A stretch of 41,468 nucleotides of DNA from Malassezia furfur (lineage: Eukaryota): the NCBI GenBank assembly GCA_052055015.1, contig JBQJIT010000047.1; one strand, given 5' to 3'. The notes under the pieces were generated by a model. The model was given only the letters and a program-made list of their open reading frames with translations. It ran no database searches and was not told where the DNA came from. Position 1 is the stretch's first letter, and the number at the start of each line of letters is the position of its first letter. The translations under genes and the position numbers were made by a program. Positions 38,850-41,468 of this stretch are shown in pieces.

Positions 38850-39575
38850 ATGGCCTCGCTGCTTGTCCCCCGTATCGCGGCCCGCACCGTGCTGCGCCCC
38901 GCGGGCGTGCGTGCGTTTAGCATGACTGTTCCCTCGCTGGCCACGCCGACCCCTGGCCCACGCGGCACGACGGGTCCCGAGCTGCTATCGCCGGTGCACG
39001 ACCAGCTGAACGTGAAGCGGGACCACGAGCTGCCGCACTTCCGGCATGCGCGCCCGCCGAAGCGTGAGCCCGACTACTCCGAGGGCCCGAGTGCCTTGGA
39101 GAAGGCCGGCCAGCTCTTCCTGTTCACCGAGATGGTGCGCGGCCTGTGGATCACGCTGGAAAACTTTTTCCGGCCGCCGTACACGATTCTATACCCCTTT
39201 GAGAAGGGCCCGATGAGCCCGCGGTTCCGTGGGGAGCACGCGCTGCGCCGCTACCCGTCCGGCGAGGAGCGCTGCATTGCGTGCAAGCTGTGTGAGGCGA
39301 TTTGCCCCGCGCTCGCCATCACCATCGAGAGCGAGCCGCGCCTCGACGGCGCGCGCCGCACGACCCGCTACGATATCGACATGACCAAGTGCATCTACTG
39401 CGGCTTCTGCCAGGAGGCGTGCCCCGTGGACGCCATCGTCGAGACGCAGACGCTCGAGTTTGCGACCGAGACGCGCGAGGAGTTGTTCTACAACAAGGAG
39501 AAGCTCCTCGCGAACGGCGACCGCGCCGAGGCCGAGATTGCGTCCAACATTTACGCGGACCATCTGCAGCGCTAA
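38850..39575 (+). CDS. NDUFS8: NADH:ubiquinone oxidoreductase 23 kDa (TYKY) subunit
   Basis: [12 protein letters not shown] and [12 protein letters not shown] ferredoxin motifs; presequence from ATG 38850. Confidence 0.96.
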   Translation: MASLLVPRIAARTVLRPAGVRAFSMTVPSLATPTPGPRGTTGPELLSPVHDQLNVKRDHELPHFRHARPPKREPDYSEGPSALEKAGQLFLFTEMVRGLWITLENFFRPPYTILYPFEKGPMSPRFRGEHALRRYPSGEERCIACKLCEAICPALAITIESEPRLDGARRTTRYDIDMTKCIYCGFCQEACPVDAIVETQTLEFATETREELFYNKEKLLANGDRAEAEIASNIYADHLQR

Positions 39576-39594
39576 ATACCGTCTGTAGAAGGAA

Positions 39595-41468
39595 CTATTG
39601 CACCATCGGCTCGTACGCGAACGACCGCGATGCCTGCATGTCGGCAGACCCAGAGGAGTCGTAGTGCAGCACCGCGGGGGTGCCGTCGAGGAGCAGCGCG
39701 TCGCCGTCGATGCTCTCGCCGTCGCTCGCGAGGAACGCACCGTCGTACGCCTGCGTGTCCTCGTGGTCGTCCTCGGCGATCGACGTGTTGCCGTGCGCGT
39801 GCAGCGCGAGCTTGGTGCCCTCGCCCATGGCGCTTACCTCGCGCACGCACCGCGGGTCGAGGTCGATGGCCGTCGCGAGGTGGTGCGCGATCTCGCTCGC
39901 GTACTGCTGCGGGAGCTGCGCGTCGTGCACCGCGCCCGGCGAACTCGGCGGCGTGTGTTCGTCGGGCGCGGCGTGCGCGTCGTACGCAAAGCGCCCACCG
40001 CCGAGGCGCATGTACGAGCGCGCGAGCAGCAAATGCACCTGCGGCTCCATGGGCGCGAGCGCACACACCTTGAGCAGCTCGGTGTGCGCCGCGGCGCGCC
40101 GCTGCGCACACTCGCGCGCGGACAGCGCCGTGCCACGCGCGCGTGCAGTGCGCAGGAGGAGCTGCGCTTTTTTGAGGCGCGTCATCGCCGCCTTGGGGTT
40201 CATCTCGATCGCGCGCTGGTACACGGCGAGCGCGCCCTCCGCGTCGCCGGCCTGCTCGAGCGCGTAGCCGAGCAGGTCGAGCAGCACGGGGTTCGCGCTG
40301 TTGATCAGGAACGCCTCCGCGTACGCCTCGCTCGCAAGCGCCGCCTGCCCCTCGCGCAGGTACACTTGGCCTAGGCCCGCCAGTGCGTTCCAGTGGCGCC
40401 GGTCGCACCGCCGCGCGCACCGGAACAGGCGCACGGCGCGCCGCGGCTGCTCGAGCTCGAGCGCCTCGTAGCCAGCGAGCGTGTACGCATACGCACACTC
40501 GGGCGATACGAGCGTCGCCTGCACAAAGCACTGGTACGCCGCGTCGTGCTGGTGCTGCAGCGACCACGTGTTGCCCGCCGCGATGTGCGCGACCGCCGCA
40601 CGCGGGTCCACGGCAAGCAGGTCCTGCGCAAGCGCCGCGAGCGCCACCTCGCGGTGCAGCTGGAACAGCACGAGCGAGTAGATGTCCATGTGCATCAGCA
40701 GGTACGGCTCCTGCTCGCGCGCACACGCAAAGTGCGTCTCGGCCTGCGCGTACTCGCTCGCGTCGTGCAGTGCGCGGCCCAGCAGGCAGTGCACGGATGC
40801 CGTGTGCCGGTGCGCCGCACGCAGGCTCCCAGGCGGCACCGCCGCAGGGTCGAGCAGCGCAACGGCTTCGCGGCCGCGGAACAGGCGCACGAGCCGGTAC
40901 GCCTCGCCCAGGTCGCGCAGCAGCGCGTATGTGTACCGCTCCGAGTCCGTCTCCGGGCGCACGCGCTCGCTCGCCTCGGCGCTCGGCGCTCGCACCTCGG
41001 GCACGGCGCGCGGCGGCGCACGGCGCAGGGGCCGCGGCGCAGGCTCCTCGGCGGGCGCCTGCGAGAACAGCTTGGTGCGATCGGCGGAGAGTTTGCCGGG
41101 GCGCCCCAGCGAGACGGGGGTGTAGGTCGTCCCGACCGGCTGGATCTTGTCGTCGTCTGCGGGCTTGGGGGGCGCGGGCGCGGATGGTGCGGGTGCGGGC
41201 GCAGGCGGCTGAGCTGTGCGCATTTCGTGCGTCTTGCGGAGGCCCCGCATCTGGGCACGCCGTGTGTCGGTGAACGGGTCGGTGATCTTGTCAAAGTCGA
41301 TCTTCGCATAGTAGTCGTCCGCCGGGAGCTCGGCGTCGACGTGCGCGGGCGTGCGCGGCGTGTGTGCGCGCACCGACGAAGGGACGGGCCGCGGTGTTGT
41401 TGTGGGCCGTGGCTCGTGTGCCGTGCGCTGGGCCGGGGTGGGCCGCGTGGGGCGCGCGGGCGGCGCAT
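39595..41468 (-). CDS. CDC27: APC/C TPR subunit Cdc27/Nuc2, 5'-truncated by the window edge
   Basis: TPR motifs MDIYSLVLFQL, AAGNTWSLQ, AYAYTLAGYE, RHWNALAGLG; frame stays open to the window end. Confidence 0.82.
   Translation of the reverse strand, partial: APPARPTRPTPAQRTAHEPRPTTTPRPVPSSVRAHTPRTPAHVDAELPADDYYAKIDFDKITDPFTDTRRAQMRGLRKTHEMRTAQPPAPAPAPSAPAPPKPADDDKIQPVGTTYTPVSLGRPGKLSADRTKLFSQAPAEEPAPRPLRRAPPRAVPEVRAPSAEASERVRPETDSERYTYALLRDLGEAYRLVRLFRGREAVALLDPAAVPPGSLRAAHRHTASVHCLLGRALHDASEYAQAETHFACAREQEPYLLMHMDIYSLVLFQLHREVALAALAQDLLAVDPRAAVAHIAAGNTWSLQHQHDAAYQCFVQATLVSPECAYAYTLAGYEALELEQPRRAVRLFRCARRCDRRHWNALAGLGQVYLREGQAALASEAYAEAFLINSANPVLLDLLGYALEQAGDAEGALAVYQRAIEMNPKAAMTRLKKAQLLLRTARARGTALSARECAQRRAAAHTELLKVCALAPMEPQVHLLLARSYMRLGGGRFAYDAHAAPDEHTPPSSPGAVHDAQLPQQYASEIAHHLATAIDLDPRCVREVSAMGEGTKLALHAHGNTSIAEDDHEDTQAYDGAFLASDGESIDGDALLLDGTPAVLHYDSSGSADMQASRSFAYEPMVQ

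Noticed and set aside
32304..39575. Two complex I subunit genes within about 7 kb as a functional cluster
   Set aside because: They are separated by five unrelated genes; proximity is unsurprising in a genome this dense.
1..41468. tRNA, rRNA, CRISPR arrays, transposons
   Set aside because: I saw no cloverleaf, repeat-spacer, terminal-repeat or transposase/RT signature by eye. A tRNAscan-SE/Infernal run would be needed to exclude small RNAs.

Overview
Extremely compact, GC-rich fungal chromosome segment. Gene content, the aspartyl-protease array and the tiny introns point to a Malassezia-like basidiomycete yeast (inference). I reconstruct 34 protein-coding loci (33 apparently intact, one of them 5'-truncated by the window edge, plus 1 probable pseudogene); only about 4 kb is intergenic. 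Housekeeping genes: SUR2, SCJ1, TIM10, RPS10, RPS30, RRG7-like, DAD2, SGF73, DHX35, CHMP7, VAMP7, TMA7, MSM1, SAM37/metaxin, RPA34, NDUFV2, RNH202, NDUFS8, CDC27. Main signals: (i) 28 hand-inferred introns of only 21-41 nt, half of them 21-23 nt, most with the branch point almost fused to the 3' splice site; (ii) a Rieske-DUF455 fusion gene whose second Fe-S ligand motif CPWH exists only after splicing of 3-nt and 7-nt micro-exons; (iii) an AspRS-DUF2156 fusion (ErdS-type tRNA-dependent sterol aspartylation enzyme) with no adjacent ErdH; (iv) a CACGTG E-box in 12 promoter regions, with a CACGTG-type bHLH factor encoded in the window; (v) a divergent BRF2-like TFIIB-family gene; (vi) four tandem GPI-type aspartyl proteases, the fourth broken by a stop and a frameshift. 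All gene models were derived by eye from the sequence and need RNA-seq confirmation.
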